IMG/VR virus record: IMGVR_UViG_3300042891_002337
Location: 1 to 64,000 of that record
DNA length: 64,000 nt
DNA from: a virus
Strand: one strand, 5' to 3'
The translations under genes and the position numbers were made by a program. Positions 29,577 to 39,094 of the stretch are shown here, piece after piece (position 1 is the stretch's first letter; the number at the start of each line of letters is the position of its first letter). The notes beneath the pieces were generated by a model. That model saw only the letters and a list, made by a program, of their open reading frames with translations, ran no database searches and had not been told where the DNA came from.

Positions 29577-30505
29577 ACGGTGTCGCCAACAGATGCAACA
29601 GAGTGAGAAAATCCCCAATAGACGACTTCACCACCTGATGATATTGTCGAAAGGAAAGTCGAAGTTGGCCCATCATAGATGCCAGCCAAATTTCCCACAG
29701 TGTAAAATGGCGTATCATTCCTTGCCATCGCGATTGGAACAGGTGCATACTTGCTTGCGTCCCACTTACCGAAACCAGAAGTGTTTGTTGGTGTCTTAGA
29801 AGGTGTGCAGAAGGTGTCGATCTTCTCCCAAGTTGAAGATCCTGATACATACGCCCCTGCATGAAAGTCACCATTGTTCTCATTATGATTCAAAAAGTAT
29901 TGATTCATTCTGAAGTTGGCATTCATGGCAAACTGCCACGACTGATTGATAATTCCATATCGATAGCCGTCAGACTCAAAGTATTGACCAGTCCCATTCA
30001 GCACAGCACCTGCAATCATTGATCTTTGATTTGCATTTGATGAACCTTCAATCATTGCTGCAAAACCTTTGTCAGATGCCCAGGCATGGATTTTTGTTGA
30101 GTTTGTTGCAGATGTTGTGCTCCAGGCAGTGAGACCTGCAAAGCCCGCTGATTGAAATGGAGACGAAGCATACCAGTTTGTGTATGCACCATCAGCGTTT
30201 GTAGCAAGGCCAACAAGCACTCTTGTCGCAGAATAAGTGTCTGGCGCCAACATTGTAGGACTTGGGCTCGGAGTTCCTGAGTCCTGTGATGCAACTACAA
30301 GCCTGAAGTTTCTGGGCCCAAATGTGTTCGAATAGATTGCCTGTGATCCTGTAGTGGAATCTTTCGTCCAGGACAGAACTGTGTTCGGAACAGCGTTCCC
30401 GTAGTAATCGGTTCCTGCTGACAGAAGATTGTACAGGGCCGTTATGAAACCGTTGTTATCCGGAGGAGTGACATTCGCAGATCCCATGTAGTAACGGGTT
30501 GGCAT
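29555..30505 (-). CDS. Putative virion/tail-fibre-associated protein
   Basis: S/T/G/N-rich, aromatic-rich; coupled to the fibre gene. Confidence 0.6.
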   Translation of the reverse strand: MPTRYYMGSANVTPPDNNGFITALYNLLSAGTDYYGNAVPNTVLSWTKDSTTGSQAIYSNTFGPRNFRLVVASQDSGTPSPSPTMLAPDTYSATRVLVGLATNADGAYTNWYASSPFQSAGFAGLTAWSTTSATNSTKIHAWASDKGFAAMIEGSSNANQRSMIAGAVLNGTGQYFESDGYRYGIINQSWQFAMNANFRMNQYFLNHNENNGDFHAGAYVSGSSTWEKIDTFCTPSKTPTNTSGFGKWDASKYAPVPIAMARNDTPFYTVGNLAGIYDGPTSTFLSTISSGGEVVYWGFSHSVASVGDTVWLSKTY

Positions 30506-31797
30506 TAGACTATCTCGATGGTTGAAGATACGACTGACTGTTCGGAGTGAGCAACGTCGACAGTCATTGGGGTCACAGCAATAGCAGCGCCGAATACCCA
30601 CGCAAGGGAATTATTTTGCCATCCGAGAACTCTACCGTCACGATAGCCAGATGTCGGTGGCTCAACACCAGCAAATGAACCTGCGTTATTGTACTGAACA
30701 GAGTTCGTGGAGCCTGCGGGAGAACCGCCGCCGGTCGATGAGATCGTCACAGCTCCGTTCGAACCAGTTACTACATTTACATTCGTGCCAGCAATAATGT
30801 ACGAAGTACCGTCCGAGAGCTTTGTAAGTGAACCTGACATCTTAGTGACGGTGATGCTTCCGCCTGTGATGGACACATTGTTTGAGTTCTGTGTTGATAG
30901 AGTTCCGAGGCCAAGGTTGGTTCGAGCAGTCGAAGCATCAGAAGCCCCTGTACCACCGTCTGCAACTGCAAGATCTGTGATTCCTGTTACAGATCCACCT
31001 GTGATAGAAACATTTGAGGCTGCCTGTGTGGCAATTGTTCCTAATCCCAGGTTAGACCTCGCTGTTGTAGCGTCTGAAGCGCCTGTTCCTCCATCTGCGA
31101 TAGCGAGGTCTGTGATTCCTGTGATTGAACCACCTGTGATTGTGACGCTGTTTGATGCCTGTGTAGAGATTGTGCCCAGTCCAAGATTAGACCTTGCGGT
31201 TGCAGCATCTGAGGCGCCTGTCCCACCATCAGCAACAGCAAGATCTGTTATGCCTGCAATGGAGCCGCCTGTTATAGAAACGCTGTTCGACGCCTGTGTG
31301 GCAATTGTTCCGAGACCCAGGTTGGTCCTTGCGGTTGCAGCATCTGTGGCGCCTGTACCGCCATTAGAAACAGCAACAGGTGAAGACAGAGAAATTGTGA
31401 CTGAGCTTCCTGCTCCTCCGTCACTTATTGTAATCCCTGTCCCCTGAGTCAGGACCCTTTCCTGTGTTAATGTTGCGTCAGTCGCAAGGGTTACGTACCT
31501 TGCAGTAGTGGGTGCACCGCCACCGCCTCCACCTCCACCCACAGAATATGCATTCCCCTCGGCATCGTAGATTGTGCCTGAAACCGTCAGGTTACCCTTT
31601 ATGATGCTGCTTCCTGAAGCAACCAAGCTTCCGGATACAAAAGCATTCCCAGTGATGTTGATGCTGGATGTCTTAAAACCAGATATGCCCACATACAGGT
31701 CATGTGGGCCAACAACTCGAAGTATTTCCCTGCTTCTGTCGTCTGAGACTGGTATGAAAGACTCAGTCAGGGCAGTTCTAGCGTCTATGCTGCCCAT
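30505..31797 (-). CDS. Tail-fibre-like protein with tandem repeats
   Basis: GGTGA..A.TAR.NLGLG repeats; SVQYNNAGSFAG. Confidence 0.8.
   Translation of the reverse strand: MGSIDARTALTESFIPVSDDRSREILRVVGPHDLYVGISGFKTSSINITGNAFVSGSLVASGSSIIKGNLTVSGTIYDAEGNAYSVGGGGGGGGAPTTARYVTLATDATLTQERVLTQGTGITISDGGAGSSVTISLSSPVAVSNGGTGATDAATARTNLGLGTIATQASNSVSITGGSIAGITDLAVADGGTGASDAATARSNLGLGTISTQASNSVTITGGSITGITDLAIADGGTGASDATTARSNLGLGTIATQAASNVSITGGSVTGITDLAVADGGTGASDASTARTNLGLGTLSTQNSNNVSITGGSITVTKMSGSLTKLSDGTSYIIAGTNVNVVTGSNGAVTISSTGGGSPAGSTNSVQYNNAGSFAGVEPPTSGYRDGRVLGWQNNSLAWVFGAAIAVTPMTVDVAHSEQSVVSSTIEIV
30838..31377 (-). repeat. Four tandem 135-bp (45-aa) intragenic repeats
   Basis: LAVADGGTGASDAATARSNLGLGTISTQASNSVTITGGSITGITD-like unit x4. 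Confidence 0.9.
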
Positions 31798-31803
31798 GAT
31801 CTG

Positions 31804-32016
31804 TCAGTACCCGTACTCATCCATTTCATCGACGATCTTTTGTGCCTTCTCTTTGGACATCTTCACAGGAACTTCCTTGTCCCCGACCTTTGCAGTCTTC
31901 TTACCAGCAATTGCTGCCTTTGCTACTGCATAGGTGAAGCTGTCCTCCTCGAGAGCCTCGGCGATCAGGCTGCGAATCATTCTCCTGAATCTTGTCTCGG
32001 ACATGCTCATCTCCAC
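31804..32016 (-). CDS. Small late protein (ETRFRRMIRSLIAEALEE leader)
   Basis: Late box ATATGTA at 32022-32028. Confidence 0.7.
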   Translation of the reverse strand: MEMSMSETRFRRMIRSLIAEALEEDSFTYAVAKAAIAGKKTAKVGDKEVPVKMSKEKAQKIVDEMDEYGY

Positions 32017-32044
32017 ATCCTTACATATTCAGGAGAATGATTCG

Positions 32045-32440
32045 TCAATCGTCCGGCCAAGAATCATCGAGCTCCACAGGCGTAGGTACCTGAGCTGAAG
32101 CATACCTCTCAGACCTCTCATTGAGAAAATTGACTATCGATGCAATCGTCCTTTCCCTTTCCTCAAGAAGCTTAGGACGAGAGTGGACCCTGTCAAGCTC
32201 TCCCAATGCCCAGTCCTCGATCCTCTTGAATGCCTCCTCATAGAGAGCAACAAGATCTTCCTTCTTTATCTTCGAAGCCTCGGACCTCACCTCACCAATA
32301 AAGCCTGTGACGGTTCGAATGAGCCTGTCGGACGCAGGTAGGTCACGATTGGACTCTACAATCTCAGACTGCGCAAGCTCCCTGGTCTGTGACAATATTG
32401 CAATGAGTTCCCTTACTTCTTCAAGTCTCTCAGTACCCAT
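32045..32440 (-). CDS. Hypothetical protein
   Basis: GAGG RBS; helical. Confidence 0.65.
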   Translation of the reverse strand: MGTERLEEVRELIAILSQTRELAQSEIVESNRDLPASDRLIRTVTGFIGEVRSEASKIKKEDLVALYEEAFKRIEDWALGELDRVHSRPKLLEERERTIASIVNFLNERSERYASAQVPTPVELDDSWPDD

Positions 32441-32825
32441 TCTCAATCCTCTCAAGAATCTTCTTGTGCTTTGAAACGTATGCCTTCAGGAGGTCCTCTT
32501 CCGTGAATCCGGTCAGGATCAGGACTGAGAGGAAATAATTGAAGCCATCAACGACCTCTTCAAGGAAGTGATCCTCATTGAACTGAGGTAGGTCGGTCTG
32601 CCGATGTGGCTTTGCATTCTTCAGTTCCTGAAGCGCCTCGAACATCTCCTCGACTCCGCGAAGGACAATGTCCCTTGCCATTAGCTGGGATGACTTCTTG
32701 GTGAGGTCCATGGGCCATCCCTCACTGTAACATCCTGTCTTTTCAGTGAGCCTCTTCATGTACTCCTCACGGAGTTCAAAGAGAAGCTTCAGGCCATCAG
32801 TTGGTTGTTGTGTCGTTGAGCTCAT
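32430..32825 (-). CDS. Dimeric all-alpha dUTPase/MazG-like pyrophosphatase
   Basis: EEMFEAL..LKN.KPH, FLEEVVDGFNY. Confidence 0.8.
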   Translation of the reverse strand: MSSTTQQPTDGLKLLFELREEYMKRLTEKTGCYSEGWPMDLTKKSSQLMARDIVLRGVEEMFEALQELKNAKPHRQTDLPQFNEDHFLEEVVDGFNYFLSVLILTGFTEEDLLKAYVSKHKKILERIENGY

Positions 32826-33030
32826 TTGCCTTCTGCAGCAGGAGTTGGATGCCTTCTTCGAAACCCTTGATAAACTCAGGATCAGGATCAAGTGTTCCAC
32901 TGTCATTAGTGTGAAGTACTAAAGTGCGGAGGTTATCCACAACGTCTGTGCCTGTGAGGATTGCCATCTGGACGAGACGTGAGATCTGAATGATCGTTGC
33001 GTCTGAAAGCTTGTATGTTGTCATTGTCAC
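32797..33030 (-). CDS. Hypothetical protein
   Basis: GGAG RBS; promoter TAAAC-N17-TACAAT at 33040-33067. Confidence 0.65.
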   Translation of the reverse strand: MTMTTYKLSDATIIQISRLVQMAILTGTDVVDNLRTLVLHTNDSGTLDPDPEFIKGFEEGIQLLLQKANELNDTTTN

Positions 33031-33064
33031 TCCAGTTTCATTGTAGGGATGAAGTCAGATAAGT

Positions 33065-33853
33065 TTATAGCTGGACTCGAGGACACCACCATGTCGTTCG
33101 TCCATCCTTAGTCTCCTGACAGATGACTTGTTCACCGTTCGGATCGGTCTTTCGACCGTAAACGAGCATTGAGTGGTTTCCCTCTTCACCGTCGAAACCC
33201 TTGTATGTGAGTATCGTGGATCCGCCATTCTCGTAAGCAGTCTTGATAACCGACCTCACAGACTCATGAAGGAATCGAAGCTGGTCATCTGTGCACTGTG
33301 ATACGGTTCGATGAGGACTAAGCTTGGCAAGCCAGAGTGCGTCCGCCTTCAGATAATTTCCAACCCCTGAAACGACGCCCTGGTTCATTAGAGCCTCAGC
33401 CAAGGTAAACTTAGGGTGCTTTCGAAGGCTCTCAATGAATGCTTCCGGCTTCACATCCTCATTCAACATGTCCGGACCAAGTGACTTCAGTTTGTTCTCA
33501 AGTCCCTTTCTGTCTGTGAATTTGATGGTGCCGAAGTTGCGTGGATCGTTGAAGAAGAGGTTGCCCTCAGAAGTTTCGAACTTTACTCTGGCATTCCTCT
33601 CGCGGTTTGACCAGGAGCCAGACATACCAAGCGTGTTGAAGATAACTGTGTCGGTATCCGTGAGCCAGTAGATGAACTTGCCCTTGCACTTCACATCGAT
33701 GATGTTGATCGGAAACTGCACATCTGAGATTCCTTCGATCGGCTTCTTGAGGTATCGACCGGACAGGGGTGTGACTGATAGAAGCTGCACTCCTTGTCCG
33801 ATGAAGTTTCCAATTGAACGTACGAAACCTGCTACCTCGGGTCCCTCAGGCAT
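33065..33853 (-). CDS. Fpg/Nei-family DNA glycosylase
   Basis: MPEGPEV, KGK, LGMSG, DPRNFG, LGPD, SGVGNY, GRTTWWCP. Confidence 0.93.
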   Translation of the reverse strand: MPEGPEVAGFVRSIGNFIGQGVQLLSVTPLSGRYLKKPIEGISDVQFPINIIDVKCKGKFIYWLTDTDTVIFNTLGMSGSWSNRERNARVKFETSEGNLFFNDPRNFGTIKFTDRKGLENKLKSLGPDMLNEDVKPEAFIESLRKHPKFTLAEALMNQGVVSGVGNYLKADALWLAKLSPHRTVSQCTDDQLRFLHESVRSVIKTAYENGGSTILTYKGFDGEEGNHSMLVYGRKTDPNGEQVICQETKDGRTTWWCPRVQL

Positions 33854-34289
33854 TTGCAAACTCCTCGCTGTGATTATTCTTCAGGAAGTTGTGATAATCT
33901 GTGAGTGCGTGGTCCTTTGGTTCGACGCTTCGCCAATCACCAAGGACAAAGATTCGATAGGCATCGGATGCATACTTTCCAACACCATGAAGCTGATTGA
34001 CATCAGACCACTTTCCCTCGTGGTACTGAGCAGACATTCTCTTGAGAGTCTGGGTGCGCTTCTTTTGCATGCCCAGAGTCTTGATCATTTCCTCAAGTTC
34101 TGAGTCATCAGCTTCGGACATGGACTTTGCATTTGGCCAGCGCTGGAACATCTTTTCAACGACTGGTTCCATTTGCTTCCTCGTCGTGAGGTTGAGACAG
34201 AGGCAGCAAACAAGAATCTTCCAGGGATCAGGCCAATAACGTTCCTGGATAAGACCGAACTTTGGGGGATGCCACACGTTTGCCTCCAT
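33846..34289 (-). CDS. MBD4-like HhH-GPD DNA glycosylase
   Basis: LIQE...DPWK, LNLT, LHGVGKYASDAYRIF, DHALTDY. Confidence 0.88.
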   Translation of the reverse strand: MEANVWHPPKFGLIQERYWPDPWKILVCCLCLNLTTRKQMEPVVEKMFQRWPNAKSMSEADDSELEEMIKTLGMQKKRTQTLKRMSAQYHEGKWSDVNQLHGVGKYASDAYRIFVLGDWRSVEPKDHALTDYHNFLKNNHSEEFANA

Positions 34290-34323
34290 ATTGGAATGGT
34301 AATAGCAAACGATGAGTTTACAA

Positions 34324-35103
34324 TCAGTAGGGAGTTCCGTGTCTTACATGTCCCATGATATCTTCTATGACTGTCTCGGTCTCATCGTGGTCATTAACGC
34401 TGAAAGCGCGGCCGTACTTTTTGAGGGCTTCATAGATCTCATAGTCGTTTCCATTTGCCTGACATCTGTCACCCACAAACCAGACAGTCTCATCTGGAAA
34501 GTGATTGAGAGCGTATGTCTTGTCCCAACCTACCGGGTAGATATCGAACGAGGTCGATCCGCCAAGCTTTGCAATAAGTGGGGTTCGAATTGTCATGAGC
34601 CGAAGCTTCAACAGGGAGAGGATGCCAAGCCTAAAGTCGTTTCTTGCGTCGAAACTCTCAAACCAGGTCCTGCTTGAGCGATCTGCTTCCCTACCAATCG
34701 GACACCAATTGACCATTGAGCTCCGCGAGGAGACAAAGTTTCCAGTCAGGGGAAGGTCGCGAACATTATCCATGACCTCACGCTGCATGGTATTGAGAAT
34801 GAGGTGAAGTTCACGCCACTCCTGTCCCAGGTGATTCATCATAGACTTTGGGACTGCCTGAGCCTGCCAGTGACCATTGACAAACTTCCAATGCTCAGTG
34901 CCATTGCACGGCAGCGCTTCCACGCCATGCTCAAATGCCTCAAGCGGAACCTGCTCCTTGACATAGTCAAGTGCAGAACCTGTTACAATTCCAACCCTTG
35001 CAAACGCAGAGAGTTCAGTAAGCTTTCGTAGGTTCTTTTGAGTGATTCCTTGGCGCGGTGGTGTTAGTGTGCCATCAAGATCAAAGAGTACAACGTCTCG
35101 CAT
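34324..35103 (-). CDS. HAD phosphomannomutase (PMM/Sec53 type)
   Basis: LFDLDGTLT.PR, NWCPIGR, SFDIYPVGWDKTYAL, GD....GNDYEI. Confidence 0.88.
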   Translation of the reverse strand: MRDVVLFDLDGTLTPPRQGITQKNLRKLTELSAFARVGIVTGSALDYVKEQVPLEAFEHGVEALPCNGTEHWKFVNGHWQAQAVPKSMMNHLGQEWRELHLILNTMQREVMDNVRDLPLTGNFVSSRSSMVNWCPIGREADRSSRTWFESFDARNDFRLGILSLLKLRLMTIRTPLIAKLGGSTSFDIYPVGWDKTYALNHFPDETVWFVGDRCQANGNDYEIYEALKKYGRAFSVNDHDETETVIEDIMGHVRHGTPY

Positions 35104-35735
35104 TAGTATCCAAATGCCTCGATCGTGTGCTTGAAAGGATTGTCTTCAATGCTTCGAACAAGATCTAACATCTTCTCGGCGATCTCCCTCACTTCTTTCT
35201 GAGCATCGGGCTTCATTCGTAGTCCAAGGAAGTGATTGAAGGATCGCCAGTTGAACATGATGTCCATCGTGATCTGATTGCCGTAAGGGAGGTAGAACCT
35301 CGCAGACTCCTTGGCACGCTTGCGATCCATGCCTCCGTCTACAAGGCGCTGGAGTGTGTCATGGTAGCGCATGATTGCGTCCTCCATGAATGCGATGTAC
35401 TTTGCCTTCTCAACGGTGGGCCAATCATCAGGAACAACATACTTGTCATCCTTCAGTTCCTTGTACCGTGCAGACTCACCATTGATGGAGACGCCGACCC
35501 TGTGCTTCAGGAGGTGAATGTGAGTAGCGGTATCAACGGTCACAAGGAAGTGAATCGAGCTCTTCTCAAAAGGAGTCTCATGTCCATTCTCAGCAAGCAT
35601 CTTGAGAAGCTGTGGGATCCTCTTCATCTTGTCGGGATTCAAGTCTCGGCTTGTGCTTGTCCATGCTGAGAGAGCGTGGACTTCGTCCCCACCGTACCAA
35701 CCGACCAATTCTACCTTGTTGTCCTGAAATGGCAT
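35103..35735 (-). CDS. thyX: Flavin-dependent thymidylate synthase
   Basis: GHETPFE, KHRVGVSINGESARY, ARFYLP, AQKEVR. Confidence 0.93.
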   Translation of the reverse strand: MPFQDNKVELVGWYGGDEVHALSAWTSTSRDLNPDKMKRIPQLLKMLAENGHETPFEKSSIHFLVTVDTATHIHLLKHRVGVSINGESARYKELKDDKYVVPDDWPTVEKAKYIAFMEDAIMRYHDTLQRLVDGGMDRKRAKESARFYLPYGNQITMDIMFNWRSFNHFLGLRMKPDAQKEVREIAEKMLDLVRSIEDNPFKHTIEAFGY

Positions 35736-35940
35736 CTCTTGTCCTTAGTCTTGCGTACCTGTCCCAGAGTATCTCGAACCCCCACTGTAGGAAAGTAAGG
35801 GTTGAGCCGGTCAAAAGAACGATGCCGGCTGACTCACCGGCATTATCAGTGAAGCTATAAGCTATCGTAAAACCGTAACACATGGAGAATAACCTCCATG
35901 CGACGACCTTAATTAGGAGCTCTGCGCGTGCTGGGTTCAC
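35590..35940 (-). CDS. Small membrane protein, DUF2061-like N-terminus
   Basis: KVVAWR...two hydrophobic helices...FEILW; C-terminus overlaps thyX. Confidence 0.5.
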   Translation of the reverse strand: MNPARAELLIKVVAWRLFSMCYGFTIAYSFTDNAGESAGIVLLTGSTLTFLQWGFEILWDRYARLRTRDAISGQQGRIGRLVRWGRSPRSLSMDKHKPRLESRQDEEDPTASQDAC

Positions 35941-36543
35941 TCAATCCAGCGTGTAATTGAGATCAATCTTGCATGTGAGTGTCGGAATACGAAGCTCATT
36001 GGCAAGGTTGTGACCCTTCGCGTCATTGGCGTCAAGGTACCAATCCGCGTGGCCCTTCTCATGGACCAACTTCAGGAAGTAGTCCGAGGGCTTGCCACAG
36101 TTGCGAGCCATCATCTCGTAGACCTTCTTGTTGAGGCGCTCGACCTCCTTCGCGTCGGCCTTGATCTCTTCCACCTTACCCCAGGCTCCGCTGGAGACGT
36201 CGTGGATCATGAGGGTGGCGTCCGGGTCCATGTAGCGCTTACCCTCGGCACCGAAGCTGAAGAGGATTGCTCCACAGCTCATTGCCTTACCCTCGATGAT
36301 GGTGGCAACCGGGACACGTGAGGCCTTGATTGCTGCGATCATTGACATGAGTGAGTAGACCTGACCACCGTAGGAGTCGATGACGATGGGAATCACAGTC
36401 TGGCCGGTGTTCTGTGCACGGCTCATTGCGTCCGTGAACTCCTTGGCCGACTCCTCGTCGAACTTGTTGACACGGATGATGATTGGGTCGACCCGGAGCT
36501 CGACCGCCTTGATGTGATGAGAAACGTCTGCGATGAAGTTCAT
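35941..36543 (-). CDS. clpP: ClpP-family protease
   Basis: IDSYGG, AMSCG (Ser), MIHD (His), ADWYL (Asp); start at 36543 with GGAG. Confidence 0.88.
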   Translation of the reverse strand: MNFIADVSHHIKAVELRVDPIIIRVNKFDEESAKEFTDAMSRAQNTGQTVIPIVIDSYGGQVYSLMSMIAAIKASRVPVATIIEGKAMSCGAILFSFGAEGKRYMDPDATLMIHDVSSGAWGKVEEIKADAKEVERLNKKVYEMMARNCGKPSDYFLKLVHEKGHADWYLDANDAKGHNLANELRIPTLTCKIDLNYTLD

Positions 36544-36595
36544 TGCATACTCCGGTTGAGTTAGATTGCGAATTGCCTTTTCGAAGTCTTCTTCT

Positions 36596-39085
36596 TCACT
36601 TGCACTTGGAGAAGCCGCACGCCTTGCAGGAGAGACAACCTTCCTGATAGACGAGCTCTGAGTTACCACACTCAGGGCACCCCTTTTCGCTTGACTTTGT
36701 ACCATCCTTGATGTACCCCTTGAGAACTCTTGCGATTACTCTTGCGAATGAGAACATATCACTGTTCTTGTCCTTCTGAAGCTGTTCCACGATGTACTGG
36801 AGTGGGACATCGTGACGGAGGGCCAGGGAAACTGTCCTCGAGAATGCACCCTGTGTGGGGTTGTCGAAGAGATTGACGACGTCCTTGAAGATGAGATTGT
36901 CGTCCTCTCCAACCGGCACCAGGAGGTTGTATGTTGCAACTCCGTCACGCTTACCATTTTTAACCAAGGAGCCTGACTTGTATCGCTTGGGAATCTCAAT
37001 GTTCTCAGGAATTCCACAGAACACCTCATAGGGCTTGTCGTCTAGCAATCCTACGAGAACCAACCACGACTCAGTGACATCACCATTTCTCACGGTTGCT
37101 CGATGGATGTCGCAGTCCAGAGACTTTGGACGCTTCGGTGTGAGACGTCCCTCTTCAGACTTCTTCTCCTTCTTCGGCTCATCGTTGGAGATGAGGACTC
37201 CAGTTCGGCAACCATCACGGTAGACCGTGAATCCCTTACATCCCATTGCCCATGCCTTCAGATAGACATTGTTGACTGTCTCCTTGGTGGCAGAGTTGGG
37301 AAGGTTGCAGGTCTTACTGATGCTGTGGTCAATCCAACGTTGTGCCGCTGCCTGGATGTCTACCGACTTCTCCCAATCGATGTCATTTGCTGTTCCACCC
37401 CAGTATGGACTCTCCTGTGGGTCGGTCTTACCTGTGATATCCATCCACTTCTTGAACCAGTGGTGGTAAACCGTGTACTCCTGCCACTTGTCTCCCATCG
37501 GATCCACGAAGTCCACCCTGGAGGTGAGGTCACCCTGTGTGATCTTGCGACGGCGCTTGTAAGAGAGGAGGAAGGCAGGCTCGATACCGGATGTTGTTCT
37601 GGTGAGGCATGAGACAGAACCGACAGGTGCCGTGGTAGTGAGGGCGATGTTACGACGGCCCGTCTCCTTCCACATGTCTGTGTACTCACCGCTGCATGCG
37701 CTGATAACCTTCTTCAGGTAGGTGTGGTCCTTCTCCTTCTCGAAGTCAAATACAGGGAATGCACCACGCTCCTTGGCCATGATGAGAGACGAACGGTGTG
37801 CACCCACAGCAAGAGCCTTGTAGATCTCCTCAGTGACCGTGATGGAGCATTCACTTCCATATCGAATGTTCATTGCTGCAAGCGCATCACCGAGACCTGT
37901 CACTCCCAGACCTGTCCTTCGTCCGTTCCGGCCGGCAGCCTTGATCTTGTGCCAGAGGTCCCACTCGATCCTCTTCACGTGGTCAGGTTGCGGGTCCTTC
38001 TCAATCTTCTCAAGGATGCGATCCACGCACTCGATCTCGAGGTCAACGAGGTCATCCATCAGGCGCTGGGCCTTCATGACAACCGTGTTGAATCGATCGA
38101 AGTCGAAGGTGGGGTTGTCACTGAATGGGTACCTGACGAATGAGGTCAGGTTGACAACCATGAGTCGACAAGAGTCGTAGGGACTCAGTGGGATCTCACC
38201 ACATGGATTTGTTGAGATTGTCTTGTAACCGACATCACGGTAGCAGTCGACGATTCCTTCGCGGGTGATCGTGTCCCAGAAGAGGGCGCCAGGTTCGGCT
38301 GAGGACCATGCTGCGTCCACGAACTTTTCCCAGACCTGACGAGCATTCACGTTCTTCGTGATCTCAGCAGTCTCAGGTGTGGATTCGACAGGCCAGCGAA
38401 GTGTAAAGTCCTCACCATCCACAGCCGCCTGCATGAACTCATCGGTGAAGCGTATGGAGATGTTGGCACCCGTCACCTTCTTCAGGTCGCGCTTGATGTC
38501 GATGAATGCCTCAACCTCAGGATGACGACAGTCGATGGTGAGCATGAGGGCGCCACGACGTCCACCCTGAGCAACCTCACGGGTGGAGTTGGAGAACCTC
38601 TCCATGAAGACGCTGATGCCATCGGTGGTTCTTGCAGCGTTGGTTGTGGGCTGACCCTTCGGGCGGATGGTGGAGACGTCGAAACCGACACCGCCACGAC
38701 GCTTCATGATCTGGACCTGCTCTTGGTCTGAGAAGAGAATGCCACCGTAGGAGTCGTGTGGCTGTTCAATGACGAAACAGTTTGACAGGCTCTGAAGCTG
38801 GTAGTAGTTTCCAATGCCTGACATTGGGGAGCCCTGTGGGACTACGTCCTTGAAGTCCTTCAGAAGCTCGTAGATCTCATCCTCAGTCATTGGGTTGGGA
38901 TACTTCGCCTCAATTCGAGCAAACTCACGGGCAAGACGATGGTGCATCTGGTCGGGGTTTGTCTCAAGCAGATCATCCTGAGCGTCTCTAAGCGCATACT
39001 TCATGAAGACATCTGGGGCGAGTTCATCACCCTCAAAGTAAGCCGAAGTCTCCTGTATTGCTTTTTGCCTGATGTAATCTTTCAT
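36596..39085 (-). CDS. nrdJ: Class II (B12-dependent) ribonucleotide reductase
   Basis: SNCF, GGVG, TNPCGE, TTAPVGS, SGIEP, TVYRDG, C-terminal Zn ribbon; no NrdB in window. Confidence 0.92.
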   Translation of the reverse strand: MKDYIRQKAIQETSAYFEGDELAPDVFMKYALRDAQDDLLETNPDQMHHRLAREFARIEAKYPNPMTEDEIYELLKDFKDVVPQGSPMSGIGNYYQLQSLSNCFVIEQPHDSYGGILFSDQEQVQIMKRRGGVGFDVSTIRPKGQPTTNAARTTDGISVFMERFSNSTREVAQGGRRGALMLTIDCRHPEVEAFIDIKRDLKKVTGANISIRFTDEFMQAAVDGEDFTLRWPVESTPETAEITKNVNARQVWEKFVDAAWSSAEPGALFWDTITREGIVDCYRDVGYKTISTNPCGEIPLSPYDSCRLMVVNLTSFVRYPFSDNPTFDFDRFNTVVMKAQRLMDDLVDLEIECVDRILEKIEKDPQPDHVKRIEWDLWHKIKAAGRNGRRTGLGVTGLGDALAAMNIRYGSECSITVTEEIYKALAVGAHRSSLIMAKERGAFPVFDFEKEKDHTYLKKVISACSGEYTDMWKETGRRNIALTTTAPVGSVSCLTRTTSGIEPAFLLSYKRRRKITQGDLTSRVDFVDPMGDKWQEYTVYHHWFKKWMDITGKTDPQESPYWGGTANDIDWEKSVDIQAAAQRWIDHSISKTCNLPNSATKETVNNVYLKAWAMGCKGFTVYRDGCRTGVLISNDEPKKEKKSEEGRLTPKRPKSLDCDIHRATVRNGDVTESWLVLVGLLDDKPYEVFCGIPENIEIPKRYKSGSLVKNGKRDGVATYNLLVPVGEDDNLIFKDVVNLFDNPTQGAFSRTVSLALRHDVPLQYIVEQLQKDKNSDMFSFARVIARVLKGYIKDGTKSSEKGCPECGNSELVYQEGCLSCKACGFSKCK

Positions 39086-39094
39086 TTTGTTCCC

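Noticed and set aside
30838-31377. Possible CRISPR array or DGR template/variable repeats
   Set aside because: In-frame 135-bp coding repeats with no spacers, no adenine-specific variation and no reverse transcriptase in the window.
35590-35735. 146-nt overlap between the membrane ORF and thyX as dual coding
   Set aside because: The overlapping tail looks like non-conserved run-on; no evidence of function.
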